Shown piece by piece: positions 8,108 to 17,819 of a stretch of DNA of 38,807 nt. Made by a program: the position numbers and the translations under genes. The notes beneath the pieces were generated by a model. It was not told where the DNA came from and made no database searches. It was given only the letters and a program-made list of their open reading frames with translations. Source of the DNA: Candidatus Curtissbacteria bacterium (GTDB taxonomy: Bacteria > Patescibacteriota > Microgenomatia > Curtissbacterales > GWA2-41-24); NCBI GenBank assembly GCA_030688205.1, contig JAUYIQ010000012.1, forward strand, positions 1 to 38,807. Direction: 5' to 3'. Position 1 is the stretch's first letter, and every line of letters starts with the position of its first letter.

Positions 8108-9127
8108 TTAAATACCGTAGCCTTCTTGAAGGTATATTTCCGCCTTTTTGTCTTCCGCAATAAATTGCAGTGGATCATAATCCTTCGCCTCGGGTATGTC
8201 TTTTTCCATTAGCTTGAGCAGCTCTCTCACAAAATCCTCCCGCGGTACAGGATCCAAATTATCCGTCCCTGCCAAAAACCCGTCATATATTTCCTGGGCG
8301 TTTTTTTGATCAACACTATAGTCGGAAATTATCATCGATATAATCTCATTTTTGCGAGTTTCTTCCCTTGCATAAGCAACCCCTTCGGCGAGCGATTCGC
8401 TAATTTTTTGAACAGTCTCCGGATTATTTTTTATTGTTTTTTCAAGAGCAAGCAATCCGACCGGATAATATGAATTTTCGCCTTCCGCCAGATCAAAGAG
8501 AACCCTGAGTCCGTCTTTCTCGAAATTCTCGCTTGATAAGCCCGCAATCAATGGAAGACCCACTACGTCTACACCGCCTTTTAAAAGTATCGGCAGCTTC
8601 CCCTCATAACCTCCTGTCGTAACAAATTCGATGTTATCCAAAGGAATTCCTGCAAGCTTCATAGCCATCACCGTTTCATAGTAATCTTCGCCTCCAAGCC
8701 TGTTAATACCCACCTTTTTTATAGAGGTGATTTCTTTATTGCTTAAAAGATAAAACTTATCTGCCCGAAGTACTGTCGAAATCCACCTTGCTTCCGATCC
8801 CTTAACATCGCTTGCCAAAAACGAAGCAAAAATCTGGACCTGGTAATCGACCTGACCGGAAGCAAGAGCATTAGCGTTACCCCCTATAAGCGCAGAGTCT
8901 TCAACATCAAGTCCGTTTTTGGCAAAAATCCCTTTTTTCTTGGTAACATTCACCGCTAAAGCATGAACCGGAACGGGAGATTTTCCAAGTTTAACTTGAG
9001 TTAATTCTTGAGGTTTTCCTGCCGACTTTGGCAATTTTTTCTCAGAAAGTTTTTGGCCACTGATTACAATAACGGCTAAAATTAAAATTACAATAAACGC
9101 TATTAAATTCTTTTTAACAAATTCCAT
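8108..9127 (-). CDS. ABC substrate-binding protein (NMT1/THI5 - SsuA/TauA-like), membrane anchored, copy A
   Basis: N-terminal helix LIAFIVILILAVIVI followed by a periplasmic-binding-protein-like sequence. Paralog of 16008-17000. Confidence 0.8.
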   Translation of the reverse strand: MEFVKKNLIAFIVILILAVIVISGQKLSEKKLPKSAGKPQELTQVKLGKSPVPVHALAVNVTKKKGIFAKNGLDVEDSALIGGNANALASGQVDYQVQIFASFLASDVKGSEARWISTVLRADKFYLLSNKEITSIKKVGINRLGGEDYYETVMAMKLAGIPLDNIEFVTTGGYEGKLPILLKGGVDVVGLPLIAGLSSENFEKDGLRVLFDLAEGENSYYPVGLLALEKTIKNNPETVQKISESLAEGVAYAREETRKNEIISMIISDYSVDQKNAQEIYDGFLAGTDNLDPVPREDFVRELLKLMEKDIPEAKDYDPLQFIAEDKKAEIYLQEGYGI

Positions 9128-9199
9128 AATTGTTGCGGCAGTATAAGAAAAAAGTTATTACTTGTCAAAATATAATTCTTGGAGTAGATTAAACACCTG

Positions 9200-10552
9200 A
9201 TGAAAAAATATTTTTCCCTTGCTCTTCTGTTTTTAATTTTTCTTGCGGGAATTTTTTATATTAGCCAAACACAGTTAAAACCCACTCAAAAAAACCTGGT
9301 TGAGGTAGAAACAATTGCCGTAGGACAAGGTAATCCGGGACTAATCGCATTTTTTACGAAAGAGAGTAACGGAAGCTTTATACGAAAGACAATTGATACG
9401 GGTTTTAGATATGTTTGGACTGTAAGGATTACGGACGGACGCGGCGACGGAAAAAACAGAATCTATGCAGGAGTCGGGAACAGTTTTTTCTCTGAACCGC
9501 ACGGGTGTCAGGTTTTAGAATTTGATTCAACAGATAATTTTAAAAAAACCGTGATAGACGATGTGGGTGATCTGCGCTGTAAAGATTTGACTGCGGGCAG
9601 TATTTATAACAACGGCAAAAATCAGCTGGTTTTGGGAACTCATGGTTTGGGAATAATCCGCGTGTACGATTACAAAGACGGAAAATGGGAAGTTGTAGAA
9701 GCCTCCAGAAATTATCTTGCTGCTTATGACCGCGAAAATAACCAAAACCACGCGGTCCCTGCCGATAAGTTACCCTATGAATTAACAGTCCAAACTGCAG
9801 TCCACACCGTCAAAATCGGTGATGCGGACAACGATGGGAAAAACGAAATTCTCTCTACGGAATCCGATCCCCTGGAAAATCCCAACAAGGACCATCTGCT
9901 TTTTATCAGGATGTATAAATGGAATGGAAAGTCCTTTGACGTTTCTACAATTGATACTTTGAAAGAAGCAATTCCTTTTAAGGCTACTGCCAGAACGGTT
10001 GACCTTGACGGAAGCGGAAAGAATAAAGTTTTGGTTTCCGCCTCACATCATCAGGTACTTCTATATGTTTATTCGGATGGCAAATGGAACCGGCAAGTAA
10101 TTGACAAAGCCGAAGGTGGAAACGAGGACAATATGAAAGGACTGTCGGTAGGAAGTTTAGACGGGAAGAATAAATCAATAGTAGTGGCAACAGGCCTTCC
10201 ACATGCAGGGGTTTATCAATATGACCTGCAAAATGGTCAATTTAATAAAAAATATCTGGTTGATATCTCCAAACTGCTGGATAAATACAGGCTATTTGAA
10301 GGTGTCGGCGACAATACACTTGATTCCGCAATAGCAGACGTTAACGGTGATGGAGCAAACGAAATTGTTGTTGCCGGCGAGCAGGATAGCGCTTTTTCCG
10401 GCGATAAATCTGGGGTTTCAAAATTCGGTTGGGAGGGAACGACAATTGGGTATACAGGAGTAATTACCCCTCAAAAAGACGGCACTTATAAAACAGAGTT
10501 TATTGACTTCAGGTCAGCATTAGGGCTGGACGTTGGGAAGATTAGTTATTAA
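9200..10552 (+). CDS. FG-GAP/VCBS-like repeat beta-propeller protein, signal-anchored
   Basis: Repeated Ca-binding-like loops: TDGRGDGKNRIYAG, GDADNDGKNEILS, DLDGSGKNKVLVS, SLDGKNKSIVVA, DVNGDGANEIVVAG. N-terminal helix LALLFLIFLAGIFYI. Confidence 0.6.
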   Translation: MKKYFSLALLFLIFLAGIFYISQTQLKPTQKNLVEVETIAVGQGNPGLIAFFTKESNGSFIRKTIDTGFRYVWTVRITDGRGDGKNRIYAGVGNSFFSEPHGCQVLEFDSTDNFKKTVIDDVGDLRCKDLTAGSIYNNGKNQLVLGTHGLGIIRVYDYKDGKWEVVEASRNYLAAYDRENNQNHAVPADKLPYELTVQTAVHTVKIGDADNDGKNEILSTESDPLENPNKDHLLFIRMYKWNGKSFDVSTIDTLKEAIPFKATARTVDLDGSGKNKVLVSASHHQVLLYVYSDGKWNRQVIDKAEGGNEDNMKGLSVGSLDGKNKSIVVATGLPHAGVYQYDLQNGQFNKKYLVDISKLLDKYRLFEGVGDNTLDSAIADVNGDGANEIVVAGEQDSAFSGDKSGVSKFGWEGTTIGYTGVITPQKDGTYKTEFIDFRSALGLDVGKISY

Positions 10553-10557
10553 ATTAC

Positions 10558-10845
10558 TTATTGGAAAAAGTCCCCGCAGCCGATAAAAAGACAGTCGGAC
10601 TTTTGATCTCTAGCCAAAAGCCCTTTGTCCTGTACAAGTTTTTTGGTGCAGTCCAAAACCTCAGGGTTTTCTTCAAAGTTATACTCCTCGGGAGATAAAA
10701 CCACATCTTCCTGCTGCCCTCTTAAACCTTTAAACCTATCAGAATTACCTATATAGTAAATCCCCAAAATAACGGCAACAAAAATTGCAAAAAGTATGAG
10801 GTATTTTATTGTTTCTTTATTAGAAATTTCTTTTTTTGAGGCCAT
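10558..10845 (-). CDS. Small membrane-anchored protein with conserved C-terminal DC[LI]F.GC..FF motif, copy A
   Basis: 95 aa with a basic N-terminus and one TM helix (YLILFAIFVAVILGIYYI). Conserved elements are LDCTKKLVQ and the extreme C-terminus DCLFIGCGDFFQ. Paralog of 15712-15984. Confidence 0.5.
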   Translation of the reverse strand: MASKKEISNKETIKYLILFAIFVAVILGIYYIGNSDRFKGLRGQQEDVVLSPEEYNFEENPEVLDCTKKLVQDKGLLARDQKSDCLFIGCGDFFQ

Positions 10846-10894
10846 CTAATTGCTTTAAATCGATTATACACTAGTGTAGAATCTAATCCACTTC

Positions 10895-13615
10895 ATGAAT
10901 AAAAAAATTCTCCTGCTTTTAATATTACTCTCACTGGCAACCCTAAATTATTTAAAAACATACAGACAGAATTCTCCTTACAAATTAGACAGTTTCATCT
11001 ACCAACACATCTTCTGGCAATTAAACGGCAATGCTTACCAGCAGGCAAAAGAAAAAGTTTTCGAAAACAAAAGAGTCGTGACCGATGAAACCGTAAGAGA
11101 AATTGTTGGCAACGAATCTGTTTATAAAAATTTGTACGATCTTTTCCCGAAAAGGCCCCTTTATCCAGCCGCCGCATTCATAATCAACTTCATAACAGGC
11201 AACCCAACTCTTGCTTTTGCCTTGCCCCCATTTGTAGCTTATCTGGGATTTATCACCGTCTTCTATTTTATCTGCCCACCAGGTTCTCTCTTCCTTGCCT
11301 TTTACAACCCTTTAGTTCTCTCCTCCGCCTCTTTTATGCCCGACACAATTGCCGCCTTTTTCTGGTTGTTAAATTTAGTTTTTATCCTAAAATATTTCAA
11401 AAGTGGAAAAAAACTTTGGCTATTTTTATTTATAATTTTCGACGTTTTGTCTCTTTTTGTAAGGGAACAAAGCCTTTTAATGCTGCCCTTTTCCCTGATT
11501 CTTCTTTTCTCCTTCAGGTTTTCTTACAAAAATAAACTTTTATTGAAAAGGTCTCTGAATATTGCCCTTTTCGCAGCATTTGTTACAATCGTATATCACA
11601 TTCTCCTCTATCTTTTTTCTCAAAAGACTTTTGTTGACACCATTCTTTATCTTCAAAGTGGATACGGCTTGCGCGAGCAACAATATTCATTGGCGCAAAC
11701 TCTGCAGTTTTATTTTGTTTCACTCATAAAATCCCATATCGTTTTTCTGCAGGTTTTGATAACATACCCCTGGCGTCTTCTGTTTTTTCTTTTAGCTTTA
11801 CTGGGAGTAAGAATTGCTATCTCCGATTCAAAAAATCGACTCGTCAACTATGTAATGTTTACTTCGGGTGCAGCTTCTTATCTGGCGATTTTTGCATACC
11901 CCGCTCCCAATCCCCGTTACTTTTTCGCTCTTGTTGCTTCGATTATTTACTTCGCAGTATATTTTGTCGCCAGCTTAAGATCAAAAGGCAACTTCAAACC
12001 TATTTATATGGTTATTGCCGTTTTATTGGCAGGTGCTGTCATGATTTTTTCCTCATTATTTAAAAGTGACCAGATAAAGCTTGAAAAATTACTTAGAGGT
12101 GTTGATATCGCTAAGTTCCAGTCAAATAAAAATCAGGACCAAACCGCTGTTTTGCGACTTGCCGCTTTCTATCAATGGAACAAAGAAGATCCCCTCTTTA
12201 CGAGCCCGGATTTTGATACTGAAGCCTTCAAAAATTCCATTGACTACCTAATTAACGAGCAGGACATTCTTCTTAAATTTATCAATAAAACCGACCACGT
12301 TTACCCCATCGATTTCCTCACTGCAATGGCAGAAGCTGCAAAAGCTCAGGAAATCTTTATGAATCGTCCTACTTCTGAAAACGGGAAGACTCTACTGGAA
12401 AAACAGCTCGAAGCAGCTCACCTTTACAAAAAAGAGGCCCGAGATTTAATTAGACCAATTTCAGAAGCAAAATTTTATTCCCCGATTCTTTACAACATCA
12501 CCACAAATAAAGACGTTGCAATAAGCGATCTCAAATTGATTGCCGAAAACGGCGATAAACTCATAAAGGAAATCGAGAACAGAAAATCCTGCCTCGAGGG
12601 TTCAGACAACTGCGAACGGCCATCTTTAGAATTCAAAACCCCGAAAATCAAAAAGTTTTTGGACCCAAACCTCCCTTTACTTTCCAAAGACTTTGTCTAT
12701 TATGACGAGGAAAAAGTTGATATCAAAGGCCCTTACGTGGCAAATACTCTTTGTTTTGGATATGGCAAGAATCTTTCCTATCCCACCCATTATTTTTATC
12801 TTAAGAATCTGGAAGAAGGCTTTGATTACATAAAGCCCATCGCCGACATCAGGCTGGCAACGGATATGTACTTTGAACAAATTACCCAAGATACCAATCT
12901 TTATTACAAAAAGAAACTATGGGGAAAAGGAATTCCTTATGCGGTTGTCGATTCCACAATCCCCTATAAATGCCCTTATCTTGGATATCTTTCGGAAGTT
13001 TTAGCTTTGGATGAATTTTTAAAAAAACATAAACCAATTCTAGAAAAACTCGAAAGCGATACCAAATTCGTTGAAGAAGTGAAAAAAACAGAAGCAGAAT
13101 TCTTTGAAAGAAAATATCCTTCATACGAAGAAGCAATACAGCTCGCCCAAATTTACGGTTATCTTTACAACTCATCCCAGGCTCCGACAGATTTCAAAGA
13201 TGAGCTTTTAGAAAGAAAGCTCAAAATTGAGCGGCGACTTTTAAGTTTCGACGGTTTGTTAAATTATCTTACGAGGTTTGTAAGGTCTACCAGAATGTAC
13301 GAGGAGGTGGAGCTGAAAGCGGGTTCTGACCATGCAAAGGAAATCCTCTATCCTGAATTTGCCCAAAACACTGTCTATCCGCTGAGATCGTATTATTCCA
13401 TAATGTTTTTACCGTTTTCCAGCTCTGTCTGGAGACTGGACGAAAAACCCCAATATGCCGAAAAGAAAATAATAAAGGGACTCGTAGGTTTTGACAGCGT
13501 AGTTGTCAATTACCAACTGGCACTTGAGCACTACTCACCTGAAGAAATCAAAAGATGGCTAATTCCAAGGTGGGACTTACTCTCAGATTGTGCTTTTAAA
13601 GACATATGCGACTAA
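10895..13615 (+). CDS. Fusion of a GT-C-like (ArnT/PMT-type) polytopic membrane domain with a ~500-aa uncharacterised extracytoplasmic domain
   Basis: The first ~390 aa are multi-TM, with KRPLYPAAAFIINF typical of PMT_2/ArnT-like proteins. Residues from about 400 onward (nt ~12095 on) are homologous to the separate 585-aa protein at 21158-22915 (EDPLFT.P.FD, NR..CLE....C.RP, KGPY......CFG.G.N). The function call is tentative. Confidence 0.5.
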   Translation: MNKKILLLLILLSLATLNYLKTYRQNSPYKLDSFIYQHIFWQLNGNAYQQAKEKVFENKRVVTDETVREIVGNESVYKNLYDLFPKRPLYPAAAFIINFITGNPTLAFALPPFVAYLGFITVFYFICPPGSLFLAFYNPLVLSSASFMPDTIAAFFWLLNLVFILKYFKSGKKLWLFLFIIFDVLSLFVREQSLLMLPFSLILLFSFRFSYKNKLLLKRSLNIALFAAFVTIVYHILLYLFSQKTFVDTILYLQSGYGLREQQYSLAQTLQFYFVSLIKSHIVFLQVLITYPWRLLFFLLALLGVRIAISDSKNRLVNYVMFTSGAASYLAIFAYPAPNPRYFFALVASIIYFAVYFVASLRSKGNFKPIYMVIAVLLAGAVMIFSSLFKSDQIKLEKLLRGVDIAKFQSNKNQDQTAVLRLAAFYQWNKEDPLFTSPDFDTEAFKNSIDYLINEQDILLKFINKTDHVYPIDFLTAMAEAAKAQEIFMNRPTSENGKTLLEKQLEAAHLYKKEARDLIRPISEAKFYSPILYNITTNKDVAISDLKLIAENGDKLIKEIENRKSCLEGSDNCERPSLEFKTPKIKKFLDPNLPLLSKDFVYYDEEKVDIKGPYVANTLCFGYGKNLSYPTHYFYLKNLEEGFDYIKPIADIRLATDMYFEQITQDTNLYYKKKLWGKGIPYAVVDSTIPYKCPYLGYLSEVLALDEFLKKHKPILEKLESDTKFVEEVKKTEAEFFERKYPSYEEAIQLAQIYGYLYNSSQAPTDFKDELLERKLKIERRLLSFDGLLNYLTRFVRSTRMYEEVELKAGSDHAKEILYPEFAQNTVYPLRSYYSIMFLPFSSSVWRLDEKPQYAEKKIIKGLVGFDSVVVNYQLALEHYSPEEIKRWLIPRWDLLSDCAFKDICD

Positions 13616-13655
13616 AGCAAATATTTAATATCTGCGTTATAATCTCCGAACTTTG

Positions 13656-14414
13656 ATGTCTTCACAACCAATCATAATAATCAATAACCTCTCCTTCTCC
13701 TACGCTCTCCCTTCCCAAAAACAACTTGAGGTTTTAAAAAATATCACCTTATCCGTCGATCCCGGCGAATTTGTTTCAATAATAGGACCTTCCGGCTGCG
13801 GAAAAACCACCCTTCTTATGAACATTAAGAGACTTTTAAAAGGAAACGAGGGTCAAATTTCTGTGGACTCGAATAAAATATCAATGGTTTTTCAGAACAG
13901 TTCACTTTTCCCTTGGCGCACAGTTGAAGAAAATGTTGCATATGGACTTGAAATTAAGGGTGGCCTGACCAAAACCCAGAAAGAGAATACAGTTAAAAAA
14001 CACGTTAAACTTGTAGGTCTTTCGGGTTTTGAAAAGTTTTATCCGGCAAAGCTCTCAGGCGGAATGAAACAGAGGGTAAATCTGGCAAGGGCTTTAGCTG
14101 TTGATCCTGACATTATTCTGATGGATGAACCATTCGCCAGTCTTGATGCCCAAACAAGAGAGCTGATGCAGGAAGAACTCCTAAAAATTTGGACAAAACA
14201 AAAAAAGACAGTAATATTTGTAACTCACCAAGTAAGTGAGGCCGCGTACCTTTCCGACAGGGTGATCGTTTTAACTAAACGGCCTGCTGCCATAAATGCT
14301 TCAATTGATATAAATTTAAAAAGGCCAAGAACAAACGGTCTAAGAACATCTAAAAAATTCGTCGACTATGAAAAACAACTCAATAGATTGATAAGAAAAG
14401 AGTCCCCAAATTAA
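13656..14414 (+). CDS. ABC transporter ATP-binding protein, NitT/TauT type, copy B
   Basis: GPSGCGKTT, LSGGMKQRVNLARA, ILMDEPFASLD, VTHQ. ATG at 13656 (the track's TTG at 13653 is one codon upstream). TATAATCTCCG lies at 13638-13648. Confidence 0.9.
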   Translation: MSSQPIIIINNLSFSYALPSQKQLEVLKNITLSVDPGEFVSIIGPSGCGKTTLLMNIKRLLKGNEGQISVDSNKISMVFQNSSLFPWRTVEENVAYGLEIKGGLTKTQKENTVKKHVKLVGLSGFEKFYPAKLSGGMKQRVNLARALAVDPDIILMDEPFASLDAQTRELMQEELLKIWTKQKKTVIFVTHQVSEAAYLSDRVIVLTKRPAAINASIDINLKRPRTNGLRTSKKFVDYEKQLNRLIRKESPN

Positions 14415-14431
14415 AAGTTAATTAAAATATT

Positions 14432-15715
14432 ATGGACGATATAAAAAATATCAGGAGCATTTTACGGTTTGTCTATAATAACCATTACTCCGATTTTTAC
14501 AGGAAAAAATATCAAAATTCAGCCGTCAATCCGTTAAAAATCCGCACAATCAGCGACTTCAAAAAGCTTCCTTTTCTGGAAAGAAACGAGCTTTTGGAAA
14601 CAGAACCGCTAAAGAGGATTTTTATATCCGAAAATAAGCTGTCAGGAGCTTCCACCACCAGTGGCACCTCCAAAAAAGGCAGTCTTATTATTCTCAGAAA
14701 AAAGGAGGATATCGAACAATATTATTTTAAGGAGTTAAAAAAAGCAGGTATAAAAAAGCTTATGTTTTTAGTATCAGCAAATACAGTCAACAGGTATGTC
14801 AACGATACCCTGCCCTCTGATTTGTTTACGGTTTTTGTTGATTTTTCCAACCTAATTCTAGCAGCAGAACTTGCCGCAGGTGCAAAAATCGAAGCGCTTT
14901 ATACGAGTCCCACACCGCTTTATTTTTTCATTCCTTATCTGGCAGAGCGCTACGACTTAAACAAAATTCGCGATATTCACCTTTCCGGTGAATTTTGTTC
15001 TCTCACACAATTTAAAATTCTAAAAAGTTTTTTCCCTAAAGCTGTCTTTAGGTTCAATTACGGCTCTGCTGAAGTCCAAATGGTCGGCTGGCAATGCAGA
15101 AATTTAGTTAATGCTAACCCCTCTGTTTTTCATTTTTCCCGCTTTATCTATCCGGAAGTTATTAACCCACAAACCTTAAGTGATATTAAACAGGACCGAA
15201 CGGGCGAGCTGGTTTTAACAGCACTTTCTAAAAAAGCATTTGTAGCTATCCGATACAAAACAGGCGATGTGATAAAAATTTTGACAAAACAATGCCGGTG
15301 CAAAAATAAAAAACCGCTTTTTGAAATATTGGGGAAAGCAGGCACAGACTATATTTCTGTTGCAGGAACAAGGTTAGTCAAAAACGAATTTGAAAGGGTT
15401 TTATCTACAGACAAAAAAGTCTCTTTGGATTTTAAAGTCTATATATACGAAAAGTCTACAAATTCTAAACTTGTCTATTATGTAGAAGCTCATCTTTTAC
15501 CTAAAAACAGGAAGCTTCTGGGCAATTCGGCATTTGCAGTGAAGCTGGCAAAAAAACTTCAAACAAACTTAAAAGTTTCACCCACTTTAACTTTTGAAGA
15601 TTTGGTCGAAAAAGGAATATTTTCCCCGCTTAAAGTTGTTCTGGTAGAAAAACTCCCGCTTGAGACTAAAAGGAAAAGTTTTGAAATGATTGCAGACAAA
15701 CCTAACTCAACTTAG
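14432..15715 (+). CDS. Adenylate-forming enzyme of the PaaK / F390 synthetase / CapK family, copy B
   Basis: Motifs TTSGTSKKGSL, YGSAEV, RYKTGD and CRCKNKKPLFEILGKAGTDYISVAGTRL. Paralog of 6875-8104. Confidence 0.75.
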   Translation: MDDIKNIRSILRFVYNNHYSDFYRKKYQNSAVNPLKIRTISDFKKLPFLERNELLETEPLKRIFISENKLSGASTTSGTSKKGSLIILRKKEDIEQYYFKELKKAGIKKLMFLVSANTVNRYVNDTLPSDLFTVFVDFSNLILAAELAAGAKIEALYTSPTPLYFFIPYLAERYDLNKIRDIHLSGEFCSLTQFKILKSFFPKAVFRFNYGSAEVQMVGWQCRNLVNANPSVFHFSRFIYPEVINPQTLSDIKQDRTGELVLTALSKKAFVAIRYKTGDVIKILTKQCRCKNKKPLFEILGKAGTDYISVAGTRLVKNEFERVLSTDKKVSLDFKVYIYEKSTNSKLVYYVEAHLLPKNRKLLGNSAFAVKLAKKLQTNLKVSPTLTFEDLVEKGIFSPLKVVLVEKLPLETKRKSFEMIADKPNST

Positions 15716-15984
15716 AAGAAAAACTGACTGCAGCCTGTAAAAATGCAGTCTTCAACCGAAACTTTATCATTTAGCATATTTGCCAGAAAATCATCTCTTT
15801 TCTGAACAAATTTTTCCTGGCAATCAATTGTTTCCGGCACTTGATATACAACCCTGCTAATTTTTCCCAAGACTCCGTTTCTATTTGTTTTACCTTTTAG
15901 TGAATAGACAAACGCTCCAATTAATATCAGGATAATTACTGCAAAAAAGAGAAGTTTTTTACTTTTAGCTTTCGACTCACGCAT
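15712..15984 (-). CDS. Small membrane-anchored protein with conserved C-terminal DC[LI]F.GC..FF motif, copy B
   Basis: 90 aa with a basic N-terminus and the TM helix LLFFAVIILILIGAFVY. Conserved elements are IDCQEKFVQ and the C-terminus DCIFTGCSQFFF. Confidence 0.5.
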   Translation of the reverse strand: MRESKAKSKKLLFFAVIILILIGAFVYSLKGKTNRNGVLGKISRVVYQVPETIDCQEKFVQKRDDFLANMLNDKVSVEDCIFTGCSQFFF

Positions 15985-16007
15985 GCCTTACGCTGTCAGC
16001 TTAACAG

Positions 16008-17000
16008 CTATTCGATCTTTGCGTCAACAATCTCCTGCTCCGGGAAGTTTTTCTCAATGTACCCGTACTGGACAAAACCATCAATTAAAGGCTGCAGATC
16101 ATTGCTTCTTATTACCGTATCAAAAAAAGGCAATATCATTTTGCTACTCGTTTCCACCTCTATTTTTACGTTCTTGGAAATAATTGAGGGCAGCTCTTGG
16201 GGATTTTCGTTTACATATTTTGTCGATTTTTCAATTGCTTTGTTAAACGAGTTGATAAGCTGAAGATTTTGGTCAATCCATGATTTTTTGGCAAACCACC
16301 CTGAAACCATAAATCTATCTGCAATCGAGCTAAGGGGAGCATCGTCCAGAACCCTCGCTACACCTCGGGAAATCGCAAAAGTCGCATAAGGTTCAACGAA
16401 ATTTCCTGCTTCGACTTGTTTGTTTTTTAATGCAGCTTCCATTTGAGGAAACGGCATTTCCATAAAAATAATCTTGTCGATATCTACCCCGTTTTTCTTT
16501 CCCCAAGCCTCCAGAAGCAAACTTGGAAAGCCTGTCTTGCTTTTGTCATTTGTAGCAAACTTCCTGCCCTCCAAATCCTTGGGAGACTTAATGTCTGAAT
16601 CAGCCGAGACTAAGAATTGCTGAAAATCAGGAGTAGGTTTATTAAAAGTACCTCCTCCAAGCATTTTAAAATCAAATTCCCTGTCATGTGCCTGAATAAT
16701 AGAACCTGTAATAGACCAACCTATGTTAATGTCTCCGGATGCAACGGCGGGGGCAATAACGGCACCTCCCTGCATCGGAATTGCCTCAACTTCCAGCCCT
16801 TCTTCGGTAAAATACCCTTTTTCTTTCGCGACATAATAAGGCAGAAGACTTACTGTCTCAATTATCCCTATCTTTAATTTTGTTAGTTTTACAGGAGAAG
16901 ACGTCGGATTAACAACTGTTTTTTCCGCAAATTTTGGTAAGAAAAAAATAGCTAATATACCAATTACAAGCAGGAGCAAAACGGGTAGCAACTTCCTCAT
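16008..17000 (-). CDS. ABC substrate-binding protein (NMT1/THI5 - SsuA/TauA-like), copy B
   Basis: N-terminal helix LLPVLLLLVIGILAIFF followed by a binding-protein-like sequence. Paralog of 8108-9127. Confidence 0.8.
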   Translation of the reverse strand: MRKLLPVLLLLVIGILAIFFLPKFAEKTVVNPTSSPVKLTKLKIGIIETVSLLPYYVAKEKGYFTEEGLEVEAIPMQGGAVIAPAVASGDINIGWSITGSIIQAHDREFDFKMLGGGTFNKPTPDFQQFLVSADSDIKSPKDLEGRKFATNDKSKTGFPSLLLEAWGKKNGVDIDKIIFMEMPFPQMEAALKNKQVEAGNFVEPYATFAISRGVARVLDDAPLSSIADRFMVSGWFAKKSWIDQNLQLINSFNKAIEKSTKYVNENPQELPSIISKNVKIEVETSSKMILPFFDTVIRSNDLQPLIDGFVQYGYIEKNFPEQEIVDAKIE

Positions 17001-17051
17001 TTGTATAAGTGTTTATATCAAAATAAAAATAATTAAACAAGAGTACTTCAA

Positions 17052-17819
17052 ATGCTATACTTACAGCCATCTATGAGGCGTTTTTCTTCTTTTTCCGGCT
17101 TATTTGCCATCTTTTTTCTGCTTGTCATCTGGCAAATTTTCGCAACATCGGGAATTATCAATCCGTTCTTCACCAGCTACCCAACTAAGATACTAAGTTC
17201 ACTAATTAACTTATTTTCTTCTGGTTTTATTTACAAACACCTCACAACAAGCGCGTACGAGTTTTTCTTGGGCCTTCTAATCGGTGTTTCTCTGGGAATA
17301 ATTTTGGGCATCGCAATCGGATGGTATAAAACAATTAATAATCTCGCAAATACTTTTGTTACCATTTTTTATGTCACTCCGGTTATTGCCCTTATCCCCC
17401 TTTTAATAGTCTGGTTCGGTGTAGGTGTGACGACAAAAATCGTCGTGGTTGCCCTTGCGACATTTTTCCCCATGGTTATAAACGTTCGCACAGGGATAAG
17501 AAATGTCAACCCCGAGCATGTCCGTGTGGCAAAGTCGTTTGGGGCAGGAGACTTTCAAATTTTTTGCACCGTAGCTCTTCCACACAGTCTTCCCTACATA
17601 CTTTCAGGTCTTAGGCTTTCTTTGGGAAGAGCCCTTGCCGGAGTAATAGTCGCAGAACTCTACGGGGCAAGGAGCGGACTTGGATACCTAATGACTCTTT
17701 TCTCCTCGACGTTTGCGATAGACAAACTGATGGCAGTTATTTTAATTTTTATTGCAACAGGAATCACGCTTACTCAAATTATCCATTTTGCTGAACAGAG
17801 ACTTAAGTACCGCTTATAA
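17052..17819 (+). CDS. ABC transporter permease (SsuC/TauC-like), copy B
   Basis: Polytopic, homologous to 6107-6874 (for example VNPEHVRVAKSFGAG versus VDPVQIDTGRVFGMN). Confidence 0.85.
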   Translation: MLYLQPSMRRFSSFSGLFAIFFLLVIWQIFATSGIINPFFTSYPTKILSSLINLFSSGFIYKHLTTSAYEFFLGLLIGVSLGIILGIAIGWYKTINNLANTFVTIFYVTPVIALIPLLIVWFGVGVTTKIVVVALATFFPMVINVRTGIRNVNPEHVRVAKSFGAGDFQIFCTVALPHSLPYILSGLRLSLGRALAGVIVAELYGARSGLGYLMTLFSSTFAIDKLMAVILIFIATGITLTQIIHFAEQRLKYRL

